Shown here piece after piece: positions 1-12,688 of a stretch of DNA of 64,000 bases. The stretch covers positions 1-64,000 of the forward strand of contig JBDOQK010000024.1 of NCBI GenBank assembly GCA_040437565.1, in the 5' to 3' direction. Each line of letters opens with the position of its first letter. Position 1 is the stretch's first letter. The notes under the pieces are model-generated. The model made no database searches, was not told the origin of the DNA, and worked only from the letters and a program-made list of their open reading frames with translations. A program made the position numbers and the translations under genes. The DNA comes from Albugo candida. Taxonomy: Eukaryota.

Positions 1-45
1 AGTCTCATAATCTGAAGGTCGCCAGTTCGATCCTGGCAGGGAGCA
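1..45 (+). tRNA. tRNA-Met (CAT), 3' half only; 5' part lies before the window
   Basis: Anticodon loop CTCATAA, T-arm GCCAG-TTCGATC-CTGGC, acceptor 3' strand GGGAGCA, followed by a TTTT Pol III terminator at 48-51. Confidence 0.85.
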
Positions 46-1572
46 CATTTTAATTGATGCTATGAGTCATAGCATCAATAAAGTCCCTTACGCATTCCTC
101 GTAAGAGACTTTTCATAAGTCATAGCACTTACCAAATTATTTTCGATTCCTTGATAGCGGTATCGCCAGTTTCTGTATCTTCTCTTCTCTTCTCTTTCGC
201 CTTTTTTTTTTTAGGGCTCCTTAAGTCGATCAAACGCCGGTAGTATCGTTGCGTGTTCCCATTTCCGAAGATTTGCCGCAGAATGAGCAAATACATCAAT
301 AACGCGCTTTCTTCTATTCAGAGAGATCTATTTCGTTTTGCTTGAGGCTGCATAACAAAATGATTATAAAGGAACAAGAAAGAAGGTGCGAAAAAAAAAA
401 AAAAAAAAAAAAAAGGAAGTCTAGTGCATCGTGGTATCCAACACGGATGTCTTCTGTTATGACCGAATTTTTATCGTCATCTTCGTGTACTCCTTAGTCG
501 AATTTAATCTAAACTACCTTGAGTGCTGAGCGAGCCGCTAATGACAGACAGTCGAGAAATACGATGAAGGCGGGTAAAACAATTATTACCGCACTGACCT
601 CATTCGACCTTATACCGCCACACGAGGCTGATAGATGGAAGCATTAGAGTGCGTTTTCGACCTGGGTAAGGTTAAAAATACTCGCTTCTTAAGGACTTCC
701 GCATATCAATTGTGTGAGAGGTGTCGCCGGAAATCCGTCTTATGAATCGTTTCTTTTCTTGGAACAAAGCTTTTCACCGACCGTACACACTCAAATATTA
801 TTATGATTAGTGCTGCGAGCGCGTGTAAAATAATTGTACAAGAAAGCATGCCTTAAGTACGTATCAATTATGCTCCATTTGCAGATTAGGGACGATCATC
901 ATGCACATCGACAAACGAAGCTGAGAAGTGGATGCTTTCTTTAGCGGATTCTCAAGCGCATCACAGTCTCATCTGATCCCTTTATTTACCACAACAGCTA
1001 TTTTAAAGTCGCTCCACATAGCTCTGTTACGAACTTATGCGGTCACTTTGGACGACGTTACATTCTTCTTCATGCAGCTGCTACAGACGAGAATCAGCGT
1101 TCACATAGAACTTCTCATTGTGCTTTGTGTCGCATAGTTGAGAGCTACTATTTAGTCCACAAAAGCGTTTAATAGTACAAGAATTAGTATCAGATCCGTT
1201 TCTATTATAACACGTAATATTACTATGATGCACCATACTACATTTCTACACTTCAACTTCCAACTTATGCAAGCTCTCAATAAGCTTATTGATTTCATGC
1301 TTGCTGCAGATTAAATTATGGCGCTGTAGGGCCTCTAATACCATCTCATGTTCGTCATTGGCCAAAATCTATGGATTCGATACTCTGAATGCGATAATTG
1401 AGTTAGTTATGTAATGAACCTGTGTTGATGTGTTGTTACATCCACGTAGACCTCACATCAAGTACGTGTACANNNNNNNNNNNNNNNNNNNNNNNNNNNN
1501 NNNNNNNNNNNNNNNNNNNNNNNNNNNNNNNNNNNNNNNNNNNNNNNNNNNNNNNNNNNNNNNNNNNNNNNN

Positions 1573-1902
1573 ACTTTTGATGGTAGACTACGACTAGTTT
1601 TGTAAATATAAAGTAGCATACATTTCTTGTGGTGTTCTAACCGTGTCACTTAACTACAATCTTTTCATTTGCAAACTATACATCTACATCACATGTCTGT
1701 GTGCAAAACCACTAGCACTTTCCATGTCCGAGCCACCGCTACTTTTGGAATCTACGGTACATCGTCGCCAATTCTAAAATTAGCAATGCCGCATGGAATT
1801 AATGCAATAGTTGCAGTATTCGATGGATATATCTCATTTTGTGTGTCGTTTGCAGCAATTCACTCATTGCAAACGACACACAAAATGAAATATATCCATC
1901 GA
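1573..1902. repeat. Dispersed ~330-bp repeat ending in a 35-bp hairpin (copy 1)
   Basis: Its reverse complement matches 16183-16491 with scattered substitutions. Arms 1820-1854 and 1868-1902 pair at 34 of 35 positions. Confidence 0.85.
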
Positions 1903-2064
1903 CTCCATCTAATGCGCCCATTTCGACGCTGACAACTGCGGCTTTTCCAGTCGTCAATATCGCCAATCAGCATGCAGCCATGCTAAGAGACTTGGCCCAT
2001 CAGGTCAATATGTGTACGTATCCTTTCTTATTGCTACTCTGTGTAACAACTAATCAATTATCAT

Positions 2065-3336
2065 ATGCAGCGAGCGAGAAAGAGCACGACAACAACAATG
2101 ACGACACCGGCGAGAAACGTGACACCGTCGACAATGAAGCGTGTCGGCGGTGGGTATGTGATGCGGGAAGCATCGACGGAGACATCTGCGCGGAACCCAA
2201 TACGACAGCGCGCCACTCGACCACCAACGACACGGACGACAGCACCAAGAAACGGAACACCATCTTGCGTCCCAGCCACACATGCAACACGGCCAACTTC
2301 AACTGGACGAGCATCACCGGCGATGACTCGTGGGACTGGTTCCGTCAGTAGGGCAAGTGCGGGGGTGACACCAAGACCTAGAGCGGCTGTGGCTTCGATG
2401 ACGACCAGAGCTTCCATCATGCGTCCATCTCCGATTACGACGACTCAACCGCGTCTAAGCGAAGTGGAGCGGCTAAAGAGAGAAAACGCGCAGTCGTCAC
2501 GCGCGTTGGTCGAGAGAACGAATCAGCTTCAAGTTGTGAAAGATGAAGTATGCAAATTGAAGGCGGATGCGGAAGAACTGAACAAGCGACTGGAAGCTAG
2601 TCGAACACGCAATGCCATATGTCAAAAGAAGCTGGACGATGCGATGAAGATCCACGAAGAAGATGGGATGCAGTTGGAGCAAATGAAGGATGGGTGTAAG
2701 CAGCTTCAGCTCGAATTGCTCAAGTCAACGTCGATGATCCAAGACTTGAAGGTTATTGTGGGAACGCAACAGAAACAACTGGAGGAAATGAAGCAGACAT
2801 GCGATACCAAGACTTTCGTCTCAACTGGAGTACAAACAGCGGAAACGGACACGGGGAGCAATTCGGCGATTCGATTATACCAATTACAACACGAAGAGGA
2901 CGAAATGAAGGTGAAGCGTATAATGCAGGAAAACATGGAGCTGAAAACGGAGGCAGTCAAGTCAAGATCGTTGCTCGAAGACTTCAGGTATTATATGGAA
3001 AATCATCTCGAGTTGATAGATGCGATCAAAGCAGGTGCAACAAGAATCGAAGAAGATGGATACTACGAATGTGAACAAGGAGCGACAGCGCATGTATACC
3101 AAATGCATCCCGAAAATGGCCTCATCACGTCATTGAGGATGCAAGTGAACATGATGGAAGTGAAGCTCAAGGACGAAAAGGAGATGTTGCAAATGCACTT
3201 GGATAAGCTTTCAACTGGAAATTGGAAGAGCGACGAGAAGCGGGACTTCGTGCCGGATTGGAACTCAAGCGGCTTGGATTATCAACTGCAATCAGATAGC
3301 GACATTTCATGGACATCAAGCGCATCTTCTCAATGA
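2065..3336 (+). CDS. Hypothetical protein, Thr/Arg/Ser-rich disordered N-terminus plus long coiled coil (423 aa)
   Basis: Uninterrupted ATG ORF with heptad-like E/K/L/Q-rich segments; no family recognised. Confidence 0.7.
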   Translation: MQRARKSTTTTMTTPARNVTPSTMKRVGGGYVMREASTETSARNPIRQRATRPPTTRTTAPRNGTPSCVPATHATRPTSTGRASPAMTRGTGSVSRASAGVTPRPRAAVASMTTRASIMRPSPITTTQPRLSEVERLKRENAQSSRALVERTNQLQVVKDEVCKLKADAEELNKRLEASRTRNAICQKKLDDAMKIHEEDGMQLEQMKDGCKQLQLELLKSTSMIQDLKVIVGTQQKQLEEMKQTCDTKTFVSTGVQTAETDTGSNSAIRLYQLQHEEDEMKVKRIMQENMELKTEAVKSRSLLEDFRYYMENHLELIDAIKAGATRIEEDGYYECEQGATAHVYQMHPENGLITSLRMQVNMMEVKLKDEKEMLQMHLDKLSTGNWKSDEKRDFVPDWNSSGLDYQLQSDSDISWTSSASSQ

Positions 3337-3832
3337 CCCCATCACGTCATTATGGATGCAAGTGAGATGTTTGGAGATGAAGCTGAAGAATTGTCAGCAG
3401 ATAAAGTAGCTGTTCAGTTGCAGTCAAGTGTGAACCCATAATTGTAATTAATATAAGTTATTTTGCTATATTAGTATTTTGGATTATCCTATAAACCTCT
3501 TCACATCTATGCCTTTCTTTCGTTAAAAGCCTTTTAGATGTAAGTTATTACACTTGGAGTCATTCCAGAGAATGATAACTTCATATTTGTCAAACAGTTG
3601 TGACTATTTCGACTAAAAGTCATAGGACTACAGCTTACTTACATCTCAATTCTGAGCACCTCAGCTATCGGATCCTCAGGGCGATATAAAAATACGAAAA
3701 AAACAACAACACAATATCACACTTTGAGAGCTCAGCTCTTTAACTTGAGCATGAAAACAGCCTACAAACAGGACCTCACATTAATCGCCTCACAAAATAA
3801 CATGAAAAATTCTTCGCAGAGTGATAGTGACA

Positions 3833-6495
3833 CTAATGAATCCCTGGATTGAGTATGCGTTTCTCGGGATAATGGAACAGACATGGTACTGTCGAGTCTT
3901 TATAAAAACTCCACAATCGCCGCGCTTCATCGGCAACTGTTTCGGCATTGAATCCAAAGTGATATTTGAGTTGAGCGATGGATGCTGACGCTCCAAATCG
4001 ATCAAGACCAAACTGCGCATGTGAATAGTCACGCCAGCCAAATGTAGCAGCCGCTTCGATTCCCAGCACTGGAATTCTTTCTCCAAGTACTTTTTTCTTG
4101 TATTCCGTCGTTTGTTCATCAAAGAGATCTCGACAGGGCATTGATACAACGCGTATTTTAAACTCAGTGAGAAGTTTAGCTGCTTGAATCGCCAGAGAGA
4201 CTTCAGAGCCAGTGCCTGCAATAATCAGATCTGATGTACCTCCAAGTTTATCAACACGTGAGCCATTCTCGAAATTTGCCACGATATACGCACCTTTGAT
4301 AACCTTTTCCGCGCTTGAACCCTCCAAATTGGGCAATGGCTGACGAGACAATGCGAGGACAGTGGTTTTGTCTCGATACTCAAGTGCAGCGATATATGAA
4401 CCANNNNNNNNNNNNNNNNNNNNNNNNNNNNNNNNNNNNNNNNNNNNNNNNNNNNNNNNNNNNNNNNNNNNNNNNNNNNNNNNNNNNNNNNNNNNNNNNN
4501 NNNACTCCACAATCGCCGCGCTTCATCGGCAACTGTTTCGGCATTGAATCCAAAGTGATATTTGAGTTGAGCGATGGATGCTGACGCTCCAAATCGATCA
4601 AGACCAAACTGCGCATGTGAATAGTCACGCCAGCCAAATGTAGCAGCCGCTTCGATTCCCAGCACTGGAATTCTTTCTCCAAGTACTTTTTTCTTGTATT
4701 CCGTCGTTTGTTCATCAAAGAGATCTCGACAGGGCATTGATACAACGCGTATTTTAAACTCAGTGAGAAGTTTAGCTGCTTGAATCGCCAGAGAGACTTC
4801 AGAGCCAGTGCCTGCAATAATCAGATCTGATGTACCTCCAAGTTTATCAACACGTGAGCCATTCTCGAAATTTGCCACGATATACGCACCTTTGATAACC
4901 TTTTCCGCGCTTGAACCCTCCAAATTGGGCAATGGCTGACGAGACAATGCGAGGACAGTGGTTTTGTCTCGATACTCAAGTGCAGCGATATATGAACCAG
5001 CTGTCTCATTACCGTCTGCTGGACGATACACATACATATTTGGCATCGCCCTCAGACAAGCACTCATCTCTATCGGTTGGTGTGTCGGGCCGTCTTCACC
5101 CAAGAAAATGCTATCATGCGTGGCAATATAAATGACCCCAAAGCGTGAAAGTGCGCTTAGACGAATCGCTCCAAGTCCGTACTCTAAAAAATTGTAGAAT
5201 GTTGCGCAGAACGGACGAAGTCCACCATGTGCAAAAATGCCATTACTGATCGCGGCCATCGCATGCTCACGGACTCCGAAGCGGATATAACGGCCATTGG
5301 GAGACTCTTTTTGAAAGTCTACACCACCATCTAATGCTGTAAGATTGCTCGGTGTCAAATCCGCAGATCCTCCAATGAGCTCTGGAAGACGCATCGCGCA
5401 AGCATTGAGTATTTCGTGAGAGTACTGTCTCGTTGCTTTAGGCTTATCATTCACATCGTATTTCGGTAAAGTATCTTTCCAATGATCTGGCAGTTTCTCA
5501 TCAAACCGACGCAGGAACTCGCTTGCCAAGTCTGGATAATGTGATCTATACTTTTCAAACAACTCTGTCCATATTCCCTCGAGCTGAGCGCCCTCTTGAC
5601 GCTTGTCGTAGAAATTCTTGACTGATTCAGGTACAAAAAAAGTCTCTTCTTTTTTGAATCCAAATTTCTCTTTCAATTGCGCGAAATCGTCTTCTTTCAG
5701 CGGTGCGCCGTGCACAGTTTTGCTGTTTGCAATAAGTGAGCCAAATCCAATTGTGGTAGTGACTTTGATAAAAGAAGGTTTGTCCGTAACAGCTTTGGCG
5801 TTCAGTATCGCCTGATGTATTGCATTATAATCAGTGTCACCATTAGCGACACTTTGGACATGCCAATCGTACGCTTCGTATCGCTTCAGCACATCTTCAG
5901 TGAAAGCCAATTCAGTGTGTCCATCAATAGATATTTTATTGTCGTCATACAACACAATCAATTTTCCCAGTCCAAGATGACCAGCTAATGACGAGGCTTC
6001 CGATGTCATCCCTTCTTCTAAACATCCATCGCCGGTAAAGACAAAAGTATAATGATCCATAATGCTGAAATTCTCGCGATTGAATTCAGCCGCCAGGTGT
6101 TTTTCGGCAATCGCTAGACCAACGCCATTAGCGAATCCCTGTCCAAGAGGTCCTGTAGTAACCTCAATTCCTGGCGTTGCAAAACACTCTGGATGACCAG
6201 GACACTTGGATCCGTACTGCCGAAATGACTTTAGATCATCGATTGTGACATCATACCCTGTGAGATGTAGCATTGTATACAGCAAAGCACACGCGTGACC
6301 ATTTGATAGGACGAATCGATCTTGATTGATCCATCGAGGATTGCTGGGATTCATGTGCATCCATCTACCAAAAAGGACATGTGCCATCGGAGCCATTCCC
6401 ATTGGAGCCCCGGGATGCCCTGACTTGCCCGATGTCGGTTGCTCTGCCGAGATGACGCGTATCGTATTAATACAAAGCTCATCGTTCACGTTCAT
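3833..6495 (-). CDS. TKL: Transketolase (4504-4999 duplicates 3908-4403 across a gap, an artefact)
   Basis: [42 protein letters not shown] and [16 protein letters not shown] motifs; true C-terminus in the 3833-4403 piece. Confidence 0.97.
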
Positions 6496-6616
6496 GCTCC
6501 ACTGAGCGTAAGGCGATCAATTAAAATGTGAATTGGAAAGAATAAGAACAATCTTTTGTCACATATTTGCGTTTCTCAACAAAACAGTGACCACATAAAT
6601 TAAGTACTCTGTGACA

Positions 6617-7244
6617 ATGGAAAAGCACTCCTTAGCGCTATTCAATGGACGGTATTGTCTCTCGTCTGTACGCTTATTACATTGTCTAAAGAGCGTTTAC
6701 CAGTCATTTTCACGTCGCTTTATATAAAAACGTTCACAATAGCGCCGAATTGAGAACAAAAGTCCACAGCCGCGAGATTGATATCGCTCTTATAGATCCA
6801 ACGTTTGTAAGTGAAGCGCATGTGTTTTTGTGTCGTCTAAGAGCTCTTCAAAAGGTTGTGGATATTTTCCAATTGTATACCGCTGTCGCCAGAACTTTAG
6901 TATGTGAATCAAATGGAAATTTGACGACCAAGAATTTGCATACAGAGCTGATTTTCAATCTTTCCGGAACGAGAAATGTCAGAGACTCATTGCGCGACTT
7001 TGGTATCAAAACGGATTCCCAGAGTGTACTTTTATGCGTCTTCGACACCGATGAGAATAATTTGGGCGCAATTGAAAAGATGGTCGATGGTGAATGCGTT
7101 TCTCTGTCGGACATTCAACCACAAGACGGAGCTGATGTCAATGTGGTGAAAAATCATTACAGAGTTTCTGAAAACGAGCTGTGTCATTGCTCTTTGGTCG
7201 ATGCTATTGTCAGTAGAATAGCAACTAAAAGTTGGGTAAAGTAA
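6617..7244 (+). CDS. CGI121: KEOPS complex subunit CGI121/TPRKB (spliced)
   Basis: TKNLHTELIFNLSGTRNVRDSLRDFGI and C-terminal LVDAIVSRIATK; ATG at 6617 with two apparent short introns. Confidence 0.85.
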
Positions 7245-7256
7245 GATATGACGATA

Positions 7257-8547
7257 TTACGGCAAATTATACAGCTGTCTGAGCTCTTTCGCGTTTGATT
7301 GATGCGCACAAACGCTTTCCACCACCGATGAGATATTTTCTTGGTCGCTTGTATCCAGAAACATGATACTGAGACGGAACCTCGAGATTTTGGGTAACTC
7401 GCAAACAAATTCTTTGATGAAGGAATTGGGCTTGAATTCATTCCAATGATATCGAAATAGTCGGAATATCTCACACAATACATCCGATTCAATAGAGCCT
7501 TGGAAAATGCTTTCAAGTCGAGCTGGATGGAGCATTGACAAGTACCTTACTTTTGCAAGTTCAAAAACTTGTGTTTGTTTCATGAAACGGGGAGTCAAAG
7601 ATCGCCAAACACGATAGAATTCATACGATGTTTTCGGTGGTGTACGAGGAACCAGTTGACTGACTGCTTCTTCTATATCGTCAATTGTCTTATCGCTCGT
7701 CAGTTTGGTTTCCATCGCGTTTTTGCTCAAGTTATCATCAATGCATGGGTTCTTTATCTCCACCCGATTCAGTTTAATGAATTCCTTGTCACTACCGTCC
7801 ACCGGCTCCTTCTTTGTACTGGCCAAACGCGTAGGTATGATCGACGTTTTTGGTGCACGTTTGATGGCACCCTTCAGCGCTTCCCGTGTCTTGGCTATCT
7901 GTCCCTCAACCTCCTTACTGCTCGGATCCAATCTGCGTGCAATTTCAAAATCAATCAATGCAAGTCTGTGCTTGCCGAGTGCATTTCGTGCGGTCCCTCT
8001 TCGTGTGTACGATTTCAAATGGCTCGGATCGAGTTGGATCGCGCTTGTGCAGTCTATCTCTGCGTTATTGTATTGGGCATTTTTGACATATGCCATAGCT
8101 CGATTCGATAATATAATCGGATTTCTTGGATTGTACGCGAGACACAAAGTATAGTTTTGTATAGCGGCATCATACTTGCCATTTTTGTAATTTGCGTTTC
8201 CACTCTCCCGCTCAATCATTTCTCTCGATTTGAGTTGTGATGCATTGCTTTTACACTGCTCGTCACTTCACATTAGATCAATAGATATAGGAATCTACTC
8301 TACTGCAGCAAACCTCCACATCCGGCTTGATATCTGGTGTAGAACTCAGGACGATTTTCTTGTTAGCGGTAGTGCGAACATTTGGGCATTCATTTCTTGC
8401 ATTCTTGCTCCTTCCACTGGCGCGTTTGCTTACATCTTGCTCCCATTTGTACAAGTCTTTGAGATAGTCTTGCAACTCTGTAGCGTTTTCTCTTATCTGA
8501 TGCTGAATTTGAACTAAATCGGGAGGATCCGGAACATCATGCCCCAT
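7257..8547 (-). CDS. RPAP3: RPAP3/SPAG1-like TPR co-chaperone with RPAP3 C-terminal domain
   Basis: N-terminal QHQIRENATELQDYLKDLYKWE, TPR clamp (GNANYK...SNRAMAY...KSYTRRG), C-terminal PKTSYEFYRVWR...RFRLSIMFL; probably one intron near 8240-8300. Confidence 0.85.
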
Positions 8548-9182
8548 ACTATGATATAAATTACAAGAAATCGTCGGATTAAACAAGCGACTAAATTTGT
8601 AATTCTCTACCAATCCGAAAGTATGGAAATCAATCGAAAACTGATCGATTCTGAGTTTAATGGCTATGTTTTATCGGCTGATACTGCTCAGATCACACAG
8701 TTCCCACTCGAAAGCGGTCCTTTATCTCCATTGCAATGCAACCCGACNNNNNNNNNNNNNNNNNNNNNNNNNNNNNNNNNNNNNNNNNNNNNNNNNNNNN
8801 NNNNNNNNNNNNNNNNNNNNNNNNNNNNNNNNNNNNNNNNNNNNNNNTAGGAATCTACTCTACTGCAGCAAACCTCCACATCCGGCTTGATATCTGGTGT
8901 AGAACTCAGGACGATTTTCTTGTTAGCGGTAGTGCGAACATTTGGGCATTCATTTCTTGCATTCTTGCTCCTTCCACTGGCGCGTTTGCTTACATCTTGC
9001 TCCCATTTGTACAAGTCTTTGAGATAGTCTTGCAACTCTGTAGCGTTTTCTCTTATCTGATGCTGAATTTGAACTAAATCGGGAGGATCCGGAACATCAT
9101 GCCCCATACTATGATATAAATTACAAGAAATCGTCGGATTAAACAAGCGACTAAATTTGTAATTCTCTACCAATCCGAAAGT

Positions 9183-10828
9183 ATGGAAATCAATCGAAAA
9201 CTGATCGATTCTGAGTTTAATGGCTATGTTTTATCGGCTGATACTGCTCAGATCACACAGTTCCCACTCGAAAGCGGTCCTTTATCTCCATTGCAATGCA
9301 ACCCGACGATGCGAAGAGCTGAATGGGATGCAATTGTACATCATAACTGCTTGACAAAAGATCCCTTTTGCAAAAATACGCTTTACTTTATCAATAATCA
9401 TATGGAGCTCATTCGGATCAAACACAACACAATTGTAATGAATTTGTGACACTACATTTTAGCAAAAAAGCTTTTAAGCAGCTCTTTTGCCTTTAGGGAG
9501 CTGAACATGACATTGAACAGATAAAGGTATTTCAATTTCCATCGAATTTCAGTCGATTAGAAAATGTATCGCTCTCAATCGCTGGAAACGGTCTGATAGT
9601 ATATTGCGATGGAAATGGAAAATTGCTCGTACTCAAAGAAGCTTCCGCTCATTATCAATTGATTTATGAGTGTGAGCTGCTTGATAATTTTCGAGGTCCT
9701 CTATTGCTACTGGCATCATCGTACTGCGAGATGGAGCAGAGTGTACAATGTGCTGCTGCTCAGAAGTTAGAGATGGCGAACGGCGATGGAATGACATATC
9801 GTCTTTGGCTTATACAATTGAGCAATAGTAAATCGAATGCGCCCTCAATTGTATCTGATGTGTCGGTGGAAGTTGGACTGTGTCACATTTCGACAGAGTT
9901 AGCTCTGACGTCATCGTTACCTTCTTATTGCTGTTTTGAAGGACCGGACCTTCTCGTACACGTCGAGAACTCATACATCTTAATGGTTGAAAGTGCCGAT
10001 ACTGAAGCTGAGTCAGAAAATGTTATATGCGCAGACGTAAGCTTAAGGGAAAACGACAGCGGTTTTGATTATGAAGAGACTATGGCGAGACCTCGTTATG
10101 GTATCGGATTTGAGTTTGTGTCTGGTGAATCCAATGTAAACGCAAGCCGAGAATTGGGTCATCTGACTCCCGACCTCCCTCCGCTTGAAATGCGATTCCA
10201 AAAAGCATCAGAAATATCGACTGAATGTGTTGATGTAATAAGCGATACAAAGAGATCGACCGCAGCTATAAAGTATCAGCTAACAAACCCAACGATTGAA
10301 TCACTTCTCAATGACGTCGAGGAATGTGATGCTACCGAGGAAAATACATTCGGGACCCTTTTATTGTTCAATGGTACATCCAAAGCTTTATCACACCACT
10401 TGCGATACGAATGCTCAAATTATCGATTCCTGGCTCAAGGTCACAGTGGAGAACCTAATCGTCTTGCTCCATTACTATTCCAAAATGGCTTGCATGGAAT
10501 CGTTTATGAGCCCAATATAAACATTGGAAGAATCCAATTGAAACATCTGCATACTCTTCCAGCTTTTGGGTATGTCCAAGCATCCAAGCAAGACAAGAAA
10601 TTCCTGATATATGACGATTTTGCGAAATTCGCAATGATTGGCGAATACGAACGTCGCGTTTTTGTGTATTCTGCTGATCCGACGGAGAAAGAGTGCAAAA
10701 GTCATATCAGAAAGCAAAACATCATCGAATTTGGACCTCACCAGCTGTCAGGATTGCAAAGTATTGGCAACAATGGAATTGTCATTTTGACTTCAGAGCG
10801 TATCGTATCGGCAACTATCTCTCGCTGA
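9183..10828 (+). CDS. NUDCD1: NudC domain-containing protein 1-like (5' end also shown at 8623 by a gap overlap)
   Basis: HLHTLPAFGYVQASKQDKKF matches the NUDCD1 C-terminal motif; N-terminal RKLIDSEFNGYVLS; intron at about 9435-9497. Confidence 0.75.
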
Positions 10829-10870
10829 TTGGATATAATTCCTGCCTATCAGAGCTCATCTTCTCATAGT

Positions 10871-12649
10871 ATGTTCGTCCGACTCCAATGGTGCAGAAAT
10901 GGATTGATAGGAAACATTCGGAGCTCGGTGTAGGCTGAAAAACGTATCATCTCATCATGTTCGCTCACTAATTCCATATGAAATAAGCTGTAGCATGCAT
11001 CGCCATAGAAATAGGCCTCAACATCATCTCCCTCCCTGCACAACTATGACACTCATCCAGGACCATCGCTGCATCTCCACTTCTTCTGTGATGAACGAGT
11101 ACTCTGTCAATTTGAGCACAATACATAACGAAATTCTAACGATTCGGTGGCATTAGTTCTTACGATCCAAATGCAAACGATACTATCAATCAGATAGTTG
11201 CAGGTGCATCGGGTACTATCCCTATAAACACTCCTAGTCGATAGACGGATAGATTGTCGAATTTCGTATTCGAATCAGATTCTACAAGCTCGTTACCGGA
11301 GCTGGGATTTGGACTCGGAGATCTGACAATACAAGCGCTCGCGTTTCTTAACTCGACAACCGGATTACCTTGGTGGGCAACAATAGCTGTTTCGACTGTG
11401 CTTGTTCGAAGCGTGATGATTTATCCGAGCATCAAAGGGGTATGGAGACTTTGCTGATGATTGTGTAAATGATATTTTGTGCAGATTCGTAATGCCGCCA
11501 AGCTGAAGATACTCCAACCAAAATTAGAAAAATTGAAGGAAGAGATGGAAGTCGGTCCTCGAACGCCCGAAAAAGTGATTGATTTTCAACGGAAATATCG
11601 AGCACTTATGTCTGCGAATGATGTGAGCATTTTACGTGGATTATATGTTCCATTGGGTCAGGTAATGTCGCCGGAAATTAAGCTCGCTTTTACGCGTCTA
11701 AGGCTCGTTCTGCAAGATCCCAATGTTTTTGGGATTTTTTTGGGGATTACGAGAACTTCCAAAGTACTTTGAAGATTGCAAAAACGGTGGTGCTTTATGG
11801 TTTACAGATTTGGGAGCAGCAGATCCAACTTACATTCTTCCAGTTGTGAATGCAGCTCTAATGCTCGTGGCTGTCGAGGTAAGCTGCTCTCACTCATTGA
11901 CCTGAGAATTATATCAGACGATCNNNNNNNNNNNNNNNNNNNNNNNNNNNNNNNNNNNNNNNNNNNNNNNNNNNNNNNNNNNNNNNNNNNNNNNNNNNNN
12001 NNNNNNNNNNNNNNNNNNNNNNNTTGGGATTTTTTTGGGGATTACGAGAACTTCCAAAGTACTTTGAAGATTGCAAAAACGGTGGTGCTTTATGGTTTAC
12101 AGATTTGGGAGCAGCAGATCCAACTTACATTCTTCCAGTTGTGAATGCAGCTCTAATGCTCGTGGCTGTCGAGGTAAGCTGCTCTCACTCATTGACCTGA
12201 GAATTATATCAGACGATCGAATCGACTTCAGACTGGCTCAGAAGGCGGCTTGAATAATGATATGCGCGACAAAATGAAGATTGGAATGCGTTGCATGTCT
12301 GTGCTTATGATCCCCTTCACGATGCATTTCGAGACGGTAAAGCATTTGTCGCGATTGCACGTGTGGTCGTAATTTCTGAAATTGCTTGTTTTAGGGACTT
12401 TTCGTCTTTTGGATAGCGTCAAATACATTTTCACTCGCACAAACCGCAATTTTGAGAATTCCTAGTGTCATGGCTGCACTGGACATTCCGTCATCGGAGA
12501 AGCAACAAATATACGCAACAGCAGTCCCAAAGCACAGTCCATTGGATATTGCTCTTGGAAAAGCGAGGAAAGACTTGGTGATACCAACACTTGTCAATAA
12601 AAAGCCAAAGAAAAAAGTTCAAAAACAGCGAAAACAAGCAGAGGCATAA
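10871..12649 (+). CDS. OXA1: Mitochondrial inner-membrane insertase, Oxa1/YidC family (multi-exon; 5' end uncertain)
   Basis: TGLPWWATIAVSTVLVR and GGALWFTDLGAADPTYILP motifs, basic C-terminal tail; 12024-12218 repeats 11729-11923 across a gap. Confidence 0.85.
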
Positions 12650-12688
12650 TTAAATCCTCATTAACCTTGCTTGATCTTTCCTCGCGGT

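Noticed and set aside
391-415. Poly(A) run as a retroposon tail, with poly(T) at ~202-212
   Set aside because: No TSD, ORF or SINE body recognisable; a simple homopolymer.
1839-2420. Several overlapping ORFs on both strands
   Set aside because: Shadow frames of the GC-rich low-complexity start of the 2065 gene.
3833-4510. Apparent second transketolase gene or C-terminal duplication
   Set aside because: Identical sequence either side of a 100-N gap; unmerged contig overlap.
8623-9307. Apparent tandem duplication of the RPAP3/NUDCD1 5' ends
   Set aside because: Identical copies flanking a gap; assembly artefact.
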